DNA from: Schizochytrium sp. TIO01 | Taxonomy: Eukaryota > Protista > Bigyra: Labyrinthulomycetes | Assembly (NCBI GenBank): GCA_004764695.1 | Contig: SMSO01000032.1 | Span: 8,402,483-8,466,482, forward strand | Direction of reading: 5' to 3' | DNA length: 64,000 nucleotides | Part shown: positions 33,661 to 46,700 of the stretch, in pieces | How positions within the stretch are numbered: position 1 is the first letter of the stretch | Layout: each line of letters opens with the position of its first letter | Made by a program: the position numbers and the translations under genes | The notes under the pieces: generated by a model | What the model saw: only the letters and a program-made list of their open reading frames with translations | The model's database searches: none | Told to the model about the DNA's origin: nothing

Positions 33661-35962
33661 CGAATGAAAAGTCTGATGAGGCAAATTCGTAAACTGTTAG
33701 ATCTGACCACTACACATAAGGGGGGCGGAAAACCAAGGGCAAATTGAAAATCAAGGAGCGGTCGTGCTTAGCATAATGCAATTCCCCAATATTTACAAGT
33801 GTCTTCCAACGGCACGATAGTATCTATAAGATTTCAACGAGAATCCTCGCGTGCTCTTGCGAAACACAGGTTTCAAAACTTCAAATGAGAATTCCGCGTT
33901 ATAATCAAATCATGTATCCTTTAAGGGAAAATGGTAAATTTATACACCTAGATCACCCGACGCTCTAAGAATCGTAACTTCCGTACATCGAGAAATACGC
34001 TTTTTAAAAACAACTTATGCTGATCTAAGAAAGTGGCAGATTCAGCATATCTCCATTATTCTGCATGAAATATAACGATTCAAGATCCATGCATTAGGTA
34101 AATTCGCTAGACTTGCCAATAAAATCGAACTTACCACACGTTCGACCCAGTTTCATTTCTATTATAACATCACCGCCTTAACCCCGTTGCGTCCCCATGA
34201 GTACGCTGCGCTCATCAAGTCGGATCGATTGTATCCATCTATCTATATATCTATTCCAAGTGGACTTTGTCCGGGCAAGTGCTGATAGAGCTAGAGGCGG
34301 AAGACGAGTGGAAGGAAACTTCCTACAGGGGTGCACACCTCCCTCAGCTTAGGTCTCTTCAGTTCTCTGCTGCTGCAATTTTGCACAGCTTCGGACGGAG
34401 CACCGCGCCCTTGGGGGCTCCGTGGACATCCCTCTTCCGCACGCTAGTTCCCCACTTGCTGAGTCTTCAACTCATTGAATTGCTAATTGCTACGCAGCCT
34501 GCCTTCAGCCTCCGTCCTAAATGCAAAAGTGATGCTGGGATCCTCCTCAAGGTGTATGTACTAAATACTCTTCTTTAGCAGCCGTAGTGAAAAGAGTTTT
34601 CACCCATCTCGTTGCCTGCACCATGGAACTAACTCGCTGCCACTGCACGGAGCCTTCCAAAATTGCACCACTTGGCGTGGCTCCGTATCAAAGTTTCCGC
34701 CGACTTGATAGCCTTCTGAGAACTTTGCACTCGTACCAAGGCAGCGAGTGCTTGAAGCCCATGTTTGCCCAGTTGCTTCTGCAAACCATGTGCAGAAAAC
34801 CAACCTTTCAAGTTGTTTCCCGAGTGGGACAAAGCTCTATCTTTCCCTCTGTTCCCACCTGGTGTCCATTGCGCGTGCCGCAGTTTGTTCTACTATGTGC
34901 GCGTACCTGGCCAAAGTGGAACAAACCTGGGCACAGTAGGTTATCCCGCCTCGCAAGTAGGCTATTCCCAGAGAAGTCTACTTGCTGATCAAAGAGGGAG
35001 ATGCCGCGCTTTTTCAGTCCCTTATGAGTTAGGTACTAAGCCCTTCGTACCTGTTACTACTAGGTTTCTAGCGCTAGCGACCTCACAAAAGCAGAGAACC
35101 TCGAGTTCGATTCGTCAAGGATAGAGTACTATGCTGCAGATGACGGAAGGTGTCGTCAGAGTGAACTACATCTCTCTCGAGCTGCCTCTTCGTGCACCCC
35201 CTCCATGAATTGATTTCGTGGCAGAGGTGGTGGGTGGATGTGCAGAGTCAGAGGTTTCGTCTTGGAGGCCCTGAGTGTACCATAGTGGGTTAGTAGTGCT
35301 TTCTTTGTTTCTTTCTTTTTAGAATAAGTTGATTCTCTTTTTTTTCTTTAATCACTCTGACTCTCATAGTGAGCTCTAGTTAGGGTTAGAACTTGAAGGT
35401 AGCAATTCTTAGTGTTGGTATAACAATTTATGATGGAGGTACCTTTCTGCTATTATTAGTGTTGACAGTAGGTAGCCTTAGAAGTGAGCACGTAGTAGAA
35501 TTGCTCTCTTTTTGTCTCTTTTGTAGTTTTCGTGCTGATGATGATTTGAGCAACCTCTTCACCCTCGCTCGCAAAACAGAAGCCTTGAGACCATATTGGT
35601 GGGCTCTCGAGCGGAGGAGCTAGACTCTTGCGCCTGGTGCTCCGCTAAGTGACGCTCTGCGACGGAGAGCAGCTGCGGGTAGTAGGCCTATCTCCTACTG
35701 CGAGCTGGCTGACATTTGGACGTCAAGAGCGTGCACATCGAAGAGCAGGCGGCCAGCCCGAGCACGACAACGTAGACCAGGACTTATCCCATAGGAGCTC
35801 TACAAAAGTTAGGTCTGGCTATCAAAGGAATAACGAGAAATTGATTTGAAGTCAGAACTCGTCAAGTGCAAGCGAAGCCGAGCATTTGTGTGCGGCGCGT
35901 AAACAAAGAGCAAATAGCTGGTTAGTTCTATAGTTACTCGCTCCTGAAACAACATATTGCCA

Positions 35963-37198
35963 ATGGGTATCTGCCCAACACGATATGAGATTCCGGCAGG
36001 CGAGACCGGCGATGGTCAGGTAGGATCAAAGAAAGTCCACTATGGATGTGCCGCCTTCCAGGGTAGACGCGACCACATGGAGGATTATGTAGGTGCTCGA
36101 TACGCCCGACTACAGTCCTCTGGACGTCGAGAATTCGCCTATTTTGCAATATTTGATGGCCATGGGGGTAGCCGTGTTGCTCAATATTGCACGGAAAACC
36201 TATTTGATATAGTGATCAAACACATACCCAAAGTAAATAACATTGATGAAGTCACAGACGAGGATTTGACAGACGTCATCACAGATGCAATTATGGAGAC
36301 AGACCAGCGCATTGGCAACTTGCCACCTGTGCTCACGGTCATCATGCCGTTTCTGCCATGTCTTGACCCTATGGAGCAACTTAAGGATATTGAGTTTATG
36401 GGTAGTACTGCATCGATGGTATTTATGACTCCAGACCGTCTAGTGTTTGCTAATGTCGGAGATTCTCGTGGTCTTTTGATTCGTAATAACGAGGTCTTTT
36501 TCAGTACTCTCGATCACAGTCCTGATGAGGTAGTGGAGTCGCTACGAATTGAAGCTGCAGGATATCTAGTTGAGGGGGGGCGTGTCGATGGCATTTTGGC
36601 AGTGGCTCGCGCACTTGGCGATACCCGATTCAAGCAAAATGAAGAATTGAGCCCTGAGCTCCAAGCTGTGAGTGCGAAGCCAGATGTGACTATCGTGGCA
36701 AGATCTCCTTCGGACCAATACCTTGTGATTGCAAGTGATGGAGTATGGAATTGCGTTCATAACGAAGAGATGCTAGAATTTGTTAAGCAGCACCTTGTAA
36801 ATGACGGAATGGGCCTTGAACCATTCTGCCGTTGGGTCCTCGATGAGTGCATCAATGCTCGTCTTGGTTCTGACAATATGTCTATTATTGTGGTTGATTT
36901 GACATCAAACTCAGCACACCAAGAATCGTCAGCTCGCCCCTCTGCAAAGGTAGCTAATGCAGGCACTGTATCGACTGAGCTGGCTATGCCTGGGGAGTCG
37001 TCTCCTTTAGCAGAAGAGCAAGTCATGACAAGAGAATTGCCAACGAGCGATTCTGCCCAGGTTCATAAGGTAGAAGATGAAGAGAAAGCTGAGTCTTTGC
37101 ACCAAGAGCCTTCGCCACGGGATACGGCTGGGTTGGAGCATCCGCACAGCCAGGCCAAGCCAGAAGATGAGCTTCACATTCCCGTTCATCGTGACTAG
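35963..37198 (+). CDS. Protein phosphatase 2C (PPM family)
   Basis: QGRRDHMED, FAIFDGHGG, GSTA, ANVGDSRG, DHSP, RVDGILAVARALGD, IASDGVWN and GSDNMSIIVV. ATG at 35963 (MGICPT). Confidence 0.96.
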   Translation: MGICPTRYEIPAGETGDGQVGSKKVHYGCAAFQGRRDHMEDYVGARYARLQSSGRREFAYFAIFDGHGGSRVAQYCTENLFDIVIKHIPKVNNIDEVTDEDLTDVITDAIMETDQRIGNLPPVLTVIMPFLPCLDPMEQLKDIEFMGSTASMVFMTPDRLVFANVGDSRGLLIRNNEVFFSTLDHSPDEVVESLRIEAAGYLVEGGRVDGILAVARALGDTRFKQNEELSPELQAVSAKPDVTIVARSPSDQYLVIASDGVWNCVHNEEMLEFVKQHLVNDGMGLEPFCRWVLDECINARLGSDNMSIIVVDLTSNSAHQESSARPSAKVANAGTVSTELAMPGESSPLAEEQVMTRELPTSDSAQVHKVEDEEKAESLHQEPSPRDTAGLEHPHSQAKPEDELHIPVHRD

Positions 37199-40100
37199 TG
37201 CGGCTACCTTGTTAAACCTTTGTGCAATCTATTCGTTGGACAATCCGCCCCTCCTGAGCATCAACATGGAGTGTCTTCCGCCTGAAAAGGATGGAAACTG
37301 CTACTTCATGAGCTGCCCAGAGTAGATTATATTTCCTTTTTCTCTCGGGCTGAGCTCTAAGGCTCTACTACACTGTTTTTGATTTATACCAGTTAGCTGC
37401 ATTGAGCTAACCGTTTAGGTCCTTGCTGTGTGCTTTTTTTTTGTTTAACCGCGCAGTCGCTCTCTTCAGTCTACTACCTATTTGGATATCTATCACCATC
37501 GTTGTGGCTGTCATTGTCTCTACCGTCACTTATGTCTCTTGTGTCGCTGACGGTATTGCTGGCTTGGCTCTGCAAGTCGGTGTCTACTAAAAGTTGCTAA
37601 TTATCATAAATTCGTTCTTAAATCCTAGTGATCTTACTCTCATTTCAATGTTTTTAATAGATTTCCACCTTTTATAACTCTCTTACAGGAGAGATAGTAA
37701 TATACCGAGTGTTTGCTTTGAAGGATGTATGGAACGATTGTTCAATACGAAAAGAGCTAAATCCAATCCCTAAATTTGGACTTAGCCCAGCGTTTCGTCT
37801 TACTATGATCTAGCACATCATTCTAAAAAACTTTATTTGCAACCAAAAACAGCTCATATTCATCGCGGTTTTTCAATGGACAAGGATAGTCTCTCAGAGA
37901 TGTTTATTAACAGATTCTACATGTTGACAAAACAGCTTGTAGTATGATGCAATTCGATTGTATGTCGATAATAACACTGTACGTGCAATAATGAAGATAG
38001 TATCCCTATTGTAGTTCAGAAATAAGCCTGGCATATTGTGAAACTATGCACATCGTGGAGGTCATGCGTCAGAGTCAAGACTGGTAGCTAAGGGTCTACT
38101 AGAGTATAGCTTCATCGAAAATAGTTTGTGTTGCCATGACTTTAGCTAAATTGCAGAACTTTTTCCTCCATATTTCAAGCCAGTTCTGGATTTCCTAGTT
38201 TTACATACTCTAAACGTGTTAGTCTTGTTTCTAAAAACACAATAAGATATAGCGATCTATTTATGTTTAAGGAGTAATTCATAGCCCCTACAAGAGCAGT
38301 ATGCACATCCCTTTAGCAAACAAAAAGGTGTTGCTTTGTGTCACAGTTATTATTTATTCCTTTTTGCTCTTGTGTAAGAGAGTGTGCATAACAGTCATCT
38401 ACAAGATTGCTGCAGAAGATTTTGAGATCTCCAAACGAACAAACATGCTGAGAAGACAAGACTAAAGTCTTTGGCGTGCCATTGTAAGTTCTCGAAGGAT
38501 TACAACTTACATTAAATTAAACTTAAACAATCAGACGCATGATTGTGAATACAAAGAAGTCAAAAACCAAAAGTGAAGGTAAATGTAGCAGAAACGTGTG
38601 ATGAGGTCTGCATTTATGATTGACAAGCCAATCTACACTGCTGTCAATCACAGATCAAGTCTGTCTTGAGTATTTTATCTTAACTGTATAATATACATCA
38701 GACTGCTTACAGGACAGCAGATCGCTAATGTAAAGAAAGATGTCCGAGGTTTTTTCAAACCTTATACAAGCTTCTTGCTTTTGCTTTCATACTCGACTTT
38801 CAGCCGATCCGATTTGTCTTTTATCAAGAAGTCCAAAAACAAAAATAGACCCTCTATTTTAGAGGAAGAATTGAAATAGATTTTGAAGGTTTCTGTGGCT
38901 TGCCTGAAAGAGTCACTTAATATACCATACCATAATGTAAACAAGGGAATAGAGCACCAGACAACATACAGTAATTGTGAAGTCGATAAGAGGTACAACG
39001 TTGCATGCGAAAGGATTCATGTCAATGAATATTGATAGTCCAAGCCTACCTTGATAGTTGAGTAGAGCAGGAGATGAAGATTTCCCTTAAATTTGTACAG
39101 CGTAACGTGCGTCTGACTTAATCAACTAAGTATAATTGCTGAGGGATGGATTTAGTCAGCTAGTAGTCAGCTAGAGGTCGACTACGAAAGTGAAGGCAAG
39201 AGTTTTGACGAAGGCTTCCAGGAGGGTGGTTTCAAGAGTTAGCGAACTGCTGTCCTTGAGAATTGGTATTCATACAGGCTGATTCATGTAATAATTTAGA
39301 AAATAATACACTCTTGAGCTGTGTTAGACAGAGTTACTGGGAATAGATTAACACATCTCTTAAACAATTAATCCGGATTATAAAACATACTTGATTCTAT
39401 GAAATGTGTAGTAGGTAGACAGACACATTTTTGGTTCTTGACTTCTCAACGCAAGTCTGGTTATCCAGTTCTATTTTATTGCAGGCCGTATATCCATGAA
39501 AAGTTTACACAGCGGTTCTTAGAACTCTAGCAATGTCGTGTTCGCCAGTTCCTTCGATTGGAGATTTCAGCCACAAAACAGAACCGAGCCATTGAAGATT
39601 TGATTTTCAAGGTGAGTGAATTGCTAATTAATGAAGGTCAACGGTTCCCGAGCTTCCTAGGGCCTTGCACGAGTATCATACCATCACTCAGGCAATTAAC
39701 CGTGGGTGCTTCTGTAATCAACCTTTGAAAAAAATAGTGCGTGAGTTCTATCTTTATTTCCTACTCTTTTCATTATATTTTAGTGTTGAAAAATTACCTT
39801 GTTATAATTAATTTAAATGCCGTGCTCCTCAAAGTTAGCCTCACAGACTATCCATGTTCATATGAAACCTTTACAACGCCCTAGGAAAAAAATGTGATAA
39901 AAATTCTTCACGTATCCCATCTCTTTCCCTCCATCTTTTTGCTAATTACCTTCCGTTTTCTTTCTCATTTTATAAATCTTGAAATGACAAAGCAAGTATA
40001 TACCTAGTGAGTCTGTTTGTTCTTCTTCTCGTCTTTCTTAAAAGCTCCCTTCTTCATAGTATCTTTTTTTTTTTTTAATAGACAGAACACTTCGCGTGAA

Positions 40101-41070
40101 TAGTATAGAATAGAATATGCATGGATTGGTTATTGACTGCTCTCTATAAAGGTCGTTAGAATCATGACAAATTTAACGAGGAATATTACGACAGAAGACT
40201 CTTCGTTGCTGTTGATTCAAGAAACTTGGAGAACGAACTGTACTTTTAAAGTCAAAGAACCCGAAAGTGGGGTATTTTTGAAGTTCGAGGGGTAAGACCC
40301 TTGAAGTCAGTTGCTCGCCCCTCTGATTTAGGGGGGTGCGGGCGAACATACTTTTAGGAAGTCTATAAATAGTACAGGGAGTAGAGTATATCTTTTAATC
40401 TCAATGTCAAGACCCCCTCTAAATTTTGGGGCTATTGTTCATAAGAACGAAGTATGCGAGCTTCAGTCCATACCACTTTAATGGTTGCTAAATATATTTT
40501 TTCATCTTTCGAAGTCTTTATGCAAGGTTCTATACTGATGCTGCTCCAAGTATTCCGATTTCAGATAAAGCTCACGGGGAGGCAGTGACTAAATTAAATT
40601 CATATCAACTTCAATTCAGAAGCTGCTGTGAATCATCGGACAATTTATAGTGGAATCAGTGTTCTTTTATCAAAATACTAAAAGTTCCAAAGCGAGAACT
40701 TCAAAAATCTTTTTGATTGGGTTAAATAGGAAAGATGTAGATGCTCTGTCGAATAACCTAGACTTCGAGGCCAGTTCGCTTGGACATGCTCCTATGATGA
40801 TAGACTGTCAGGTTACCACACTTTAAATTAATGAATTAAAGAGTTTCTAACAACCTTTCAAACTTACAAATACGATAGACAACAAACTTTGAAGTTGAAG
40901 ATATTTTGATGTCTATTTATTATGTACCTTTGGGGGGCAAGAGATAATCTTTTAGGAAAGTGAATCCATTTTAAATATTTTATTTTATTTTATTTTCTCA
41001 AAAGAAAAGGCTCAGCAGATTCACATGGGACTAAAAGTAGTAGCCGTTAAGAGAGGTTTTACTAATCATC

Positions 41071-41940
41071 TCACAAATAGAAGTTGCTCCGAACTGATAG
41101 CTTATGCCTTGAGGTAGACAAGTTCGTCTCAGCTACCATCGATCTGTACCGCATGTGTGAGTTTTGAGGCTGTGCAGCTATTTCCCACTCCACCTGCTCC
41201 AAGTCCAAGCAGAAGTAGTCAATCTTCCCCTTGATATTTTCCAAGCTTTTGACCCGGTACATGTATTAAATTTCAAGTTCAATCCATGGCTTTAAGAAAA
41301 CAGAATTAGACGGAAGCCCATGGATCCCCTTGTTTTTTCCTCTCTCTGATTCTGCGAGTGCGTCATACCAGGTGATGGCATGGTGAGGTGCTGTGCGTGT
41401 TACTTATCTTCTCACGAATGTGTGGTTTAAGCAGTATACCCTGGGGCATTCAATACCCTGGCTATACACAGCCCAGCATCTTAGATCTGAAGTTGTGGGT
41501 ATCCATCCAGCACATTCTATTTCCATTGGCCATGACCCTAATACTGTCTTAGCCTGCGGGTAGCATGGAGGCGGTATTAATCCATTTTGGGGGCCAGACC
41601 TAATTCGGCGCTTGGGTACTGCAGCAACGAATTGAGCGAAACCATGATGTTGCGCCATTGATGCCGGGAGGGAAATGCAGGAAATGACTTGTCCGCCAAG
41701 TCTCGTGTACTCGGTTAGCTATTTTTTGCATGATGAGTATGATAATAGTAGGGGTATTCCCGTTTATCCCACCTTGGCTGGGTCAAGTCTATAACTCATG
41801 AGGTCCCGCAACCCATACGCAGGCCAGGATTTATAGCAGCATATGCCATGCAAGGCGTCTGCAAGGAGCAGCCTGTCTTTGCCAAGATGCCCTTGGGTCC
41901 TTTGCCTCCAAGGGAGATCCAATCAGGTCCTGCGCTAAAC
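41071..41940 (-). mobile_element. Degenerate Ty3/gypsy-like integrase relic
   Basis: Stop- and frameshift-broken peptides occur in integrase order: YHTHHAK...ADKSF...HQWRNIM / FAQFVAAVPK...GLIPPP...WPMEI...WI / TRTAPHHA...ALAE / LEQVEWEI. Similarity is by eye. Confidence 0.4.
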
Positions 41941-43299
41941 ACGTATTATCCTCCTTGTTTGTTCTGAAGACATGCATTGATTTAGGTCTTTCCTCTGATC
42001 CTTTTTACGGCGTCAAGAAAGCCATTGTCGACTCGATTCAATCGTTGCTCTTGTGGAAAGGGAGCAAGATAATTCTCAGATTTCGATGAGAAGGTTGTAC
42101 AATCCAATATTCATCGGCATTCAGAGGTAAGTAGTACCTGGATTCTTACGTAGATGCCTACCTAGCTAAATACTAAGTGAAAATCAAAATCAATCAGTCA
42201 ATTAGTTCCCTGCAGATATAAATAAAGAAACACCGTCTAATCCTCACTCCGTGGGCCATGGTGGTTTGGGTTTCACTGAATTTCTTGTTGCCGTGACTTG
42301 GACAGTTGCCTGAGAAGTTTGAACACCATAAGGATCGTGGCCAAGTAGAGCGATCAGTTCCACACATGTGTATTTACTTTGCATTTGCTTACTTGGACAT
42401 TTTTTTAAATTAATTATTGTTCTAATAAAATTTATTTACTAGTATTTATTTCTTTTAATTATTTAAGTAATAATAATAATATATTATATGTATATATATA
42501 TATATATATAACAAAACGAGTCTAGCGAGGTCTTAGCTCTTGCTATCTAATATGGTCATTCTCTTGAAAGAAAGAGAGAGAGAGAGAGAGGAGCCTGAAG
42601 AATCAGCTGCTAATTTGATGCATGAAAGGGATTCTCTGGCACAATGTAACGATCACAGCATCTCATTTGAAGTCACTGCATGCGAAGAAGAACAGCAAAC
42701 TAGAGAACATCGGTGGCAGCTCTATGTCACAGGCTCCAATGTCTGGCTCTGAAACCAGTTCTTACGAAGTTATTGTGATTCTATGTGCCCTTACGGCTTT
42801 CCTGTAGGGCTTTTTCTTATCTGTCGGTTGTTTATCCGCAATATTTATTTATTGTAAGAGTCGAAATCACTCCAAAGGAATGGAAGGTCGTTCCTATTAT
42901 TTCTTTTTTTCTTTTTTCTTTTTTCCCACAATCATGATGGCTTTCTATGTCTGCGTTCTCTTCTATTGTATGTAATGGCAACCATTCAGACGGATGCGCA
43001 ACGGCTGTGACGGCTTTGCTCAGCAGGAACCTCTCGCGCCTTGAGAGCTGGGTCCTGACGAACATTTGTATCAGCAGAAACTCAGACTCCTTCGTATGAG
43101 GAGATGGCCTCCCATCCATAGGAGCAAAGCAAGCACCTCGTTCCCATCACAAAGGTAAATCCATCACCTGAATCATTGTGGAGATCTTACTGGCAGCGAA
43201 TGCTCCATTTATTCCTGCTGCGGTCAAGTATCCACTGCGACTCTTCCCGTTTCAAGTTATGGTGTTTGTGCTTTAGTTGAGTGGGCACCACTACCCACA

Positions 43300-43760
43300 G
43301 TAGTGAGCACCATTCATTAACTTCGTCATTTTCTTTTCTCGCCATTCCAATCCACATCGCCATTCCAACTCCTTGACAGTCCATCACAATTGTCCACGGC
43401 CATCTCGAATTCCTCCCATCCATGCATGAAATCCATTCATTCACTGTCCTTCATTCTTCCATCCATGTAATTCCCTCTTCGCCCTTCAACATTCCAACAG
43501 CGCAACATACATATATAATCTTATATCCCTCCACCCATACATTTACTCGTACAAATGTCATTCATCCATTCTTCCATCCATGTAAATTCATCCTTCGGCC
43601 TTCGATCATTCGAGCTAGCTAGATATGAGCAGTCTGCATGCATCCTTCCTGAGCATTCCTGAACTTCATCTAAGCATTCGCATTCCATCATTTGTTCGCA
43701 TTCACTTAGCACCCGCATTCCACCATTCGCAATCGCTCATTCCTATTTGACAACTCAGTA
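43300..43760. repeat. Degenerate CATTC/CATCC-rich low-complexity tract
   Basis: Dense imperfect CATT/CCAT/TTCC units over ~450 bp. Confidence 0.65.
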
Positions 43761-46700
43761 TGCAATCAGTCAGTCAGTCAGTCAATCAGTCAATCCACTA
43801 GTTTCTCGCACCGTCACTTCAATTCCATGCACTTGCCAGCCATGCCACACGCCGAACCGCTGTCTGCTCAGCTGCCAAGAAGAACCAGCAACCTCATAAG
43901 GGCACTTAGAACCAGCTAGCTAGCTAGCTAGCTGGACAATCAATCTATCAGAATCAGGTGCGCACAATATCGCAGATACAGCAGAGGTCCTGGCGGCGAA
44001 AGCGTTTTGCAAGCAAGCTCCATGGCCACGCGTTCCGCCCGCCAAGACCTCTGCGTGCGCTCCCTCACTCACTCAGTCATGCAGGCAGCCAGGCATGCAG
44101 GCAGCCAGGCAAGCATCGCACGCCTCGCGCGCCTCTGGTTCTGACTCTGATTGGCCTCGGCGCCGTCGCGCGAGATCTCGGCCTCCGCGGAAACCTCTCA
44201 TGCCTTGCGCAGGAAAACACAAGGAGGGTCATCGATGGTGCACACCCCTCTAGTGCAATGATTGCAATGATTGCGAAGTATTGTGCAATAGCAGCTGCAG
44301 AATGAGGCCGCGCGGCGCCATGGCATGGGATGAGCGACACGCTCCAACGCGGCTCTTCAGGTGGTGCTCCAAGAAGCCCTGGGCTCAGCTCCTCGACGAA
44401 GGGAGAGGGACCAGCTCGCTTAATTTATAAATTCTTATTATTTTATTTTAATTTATTTTAAAGTTATATTTAATGATCACCAAATCGATGAAGCTGTAGT
44501 ACGCGGTATCTTTATGTGGGGAATAATAGATGGACGCGATAGGTGGTTCGCTTTTGTTCACGCTTTTTTGTGTTGGAGAATAGACTTTTTACTTTCATTT
44601 TCATTCTGCCATTGATGGGTGATTCTTTGCAGAAAGTGGCTTCGAGCTGATGGTCTGTTTGCATTTCGAGCGACAGTCACACGAAACTCAGACACGGGAG
44701 CTGGAGGCAAGGCAGCCTGCCAGACAGTCAGTCAGCCAGCCAGCCAGCCAGAAAGAAAGCCAGCTAGTCAGCCAATGCTCGAGCGCTCGACCACTTGAGC
44801 TCCTCTTGCATAGCTTCGCGAGCCTTATCGCCAAAAAGACAAGCTCTTAAGAAGCACCAAAATTAAAATTAGAATTATCACGATAGCGCCTTCAAAGTAA
44901 AAAGAACAAAAGAGCAAACAAGAGAAACAAGCAGACAGCCAGCCACGCACATAGGTTTCCGGCTTTCCAGCCAGTCAGAAGACCCAAACTAGCTACTACA
45001 AGCCGCCCATCGAACTCACTGACTCCCTGTGCTCGCGCCTCCTACCCTCCCGTCGCCTGCCCATGAGTCGGCACCGCATCGACCGCGCACCACCCTCCGC
45101 GCCCATGGTGGCGCAGCACCCGTGTACGTGCGTGCTATACAATTACTTTGTATTTCCGTATTTCTGTATTATTTACATTATCTGTTTCAGGTTCTTCGTC
45201 TGATAACTATTTTTTCAAGTTCAGCTGTCCTCTTCTCTAGTTGGGACTTTGCCGCGGTTGCTTGGTACACACCCTTCGCCGCATTACATTTTCTCTCTGC
45301 GCGACTCGCAGCCTCTTTCTCTTTCCCTTTCTTTGGGAGATCAACACGCGGCTTCTGCCCAGGAGGGCCTTGTCCAATGCCGTCTGCCTCGATGCCCTTG
45401 CTCGCCCGGCCGCAGGCTTTCCGGCCTCGAAGAAGCCCGAGAGGCGCCGACGCGGCAGCAGTTTGGCAGCAGTTTGAGCCTGATAATTAGGCGAGCAAAG
45501 GTTACCTTACAGTTTATGGCAAGATAACAACGAAGCCGGAGTTACCCGAGGTGAGGCTGCGAGAAGGGGGGCCGCCGTAATGCCGCGACGGGAAGAGGGT
45601 TGGGTAGAGTAGAGCCAATGCGAGGTTGGCGAGAACCAGACAGGCCTTTACTTACTTACTTACTTACTTACTTACTGTCTGCGCATTGACTGAATGAAAG
45701 AAAGAAAGCTGATTGGGCGGGTGGAGAGATAGATATCTTCTAGACGAAGACGAAGAACGTCGCCGCAGAACAATGTGCGCACGGACATTGAGGCATGCTA
45801 GTTGTTTCGTTAAGTCTCGTCTGGGGCTTTGAGTTTACAGCTTTGTAGCTTTGGAGGTTTGTAGCTTTGTAGGTTTGGAGGTTTGGAGGTTTGGAGGTTT
45901 GGAGATTTGAGAGTGGATTTGTGTGTTGATTTATTGATTGATTTCTTTGTGCTTGGTTAGCTGTTGCTGATGGTGATGTGGCGGTTGCCGTCGCTGCTGT
46001 GTAATTGACTCTTCTTGCGAGGTTTGCTTTTTTGTAGGGAGGAGATCATTGCCGGGCTTCTGGGATGTTGATCATTGGCGCAGCCGAACGAAACGAAGAA
46101 CAAGAGCGCAGCTGAGGTCTCAGGAAAGGTATGGCTGCAGGGGCGCCGTGACGAAGGGAGGAGCGGAGCGAGCTGACGATCTAGCTGATCATCAGCCTTA
46201 CGCTTGGCTGCCAGACAGCTGATGAATGAGGCTGCTGGGCGGGAGGAGGGCGGGAGAGCTCACTTGACGGCATCATCGAAGCCAACGGCAATTGCGCAGG
46301 AGAAATGAAGAATTGTTGCTTAAATTACAGCGGACTTTCTGAAGGACAAGATCTCTCCTTTACCCCTCTCCGGGACAAGAAGAGGTTGGTTGGTTGACCA
46401 GGCGATGAAGTATATCCATGTACCTTAGCGGAAGTGATAAGGTTTAAATAAATAAGAAGCTCTGTTATGTGATGATGGTTGAATTGCAGAAAAATTGTGG
46501 TTCAAACAGGAGGTTATCATGTTATTCTTATATGTACAGCTACAGTTTGGCTTGGGAGTTTCTAAGGCGGGTAATAAAACGACCCTGGATACATGAAATA
46601 TTAGCTAGCTATTGCCCGATAATAATTGTCCCTGCGCTGGTACTGATGATATCTTTTGAGCTGGCCTCGAATGATGGATATCGTGCTGATATCGAAGGAG

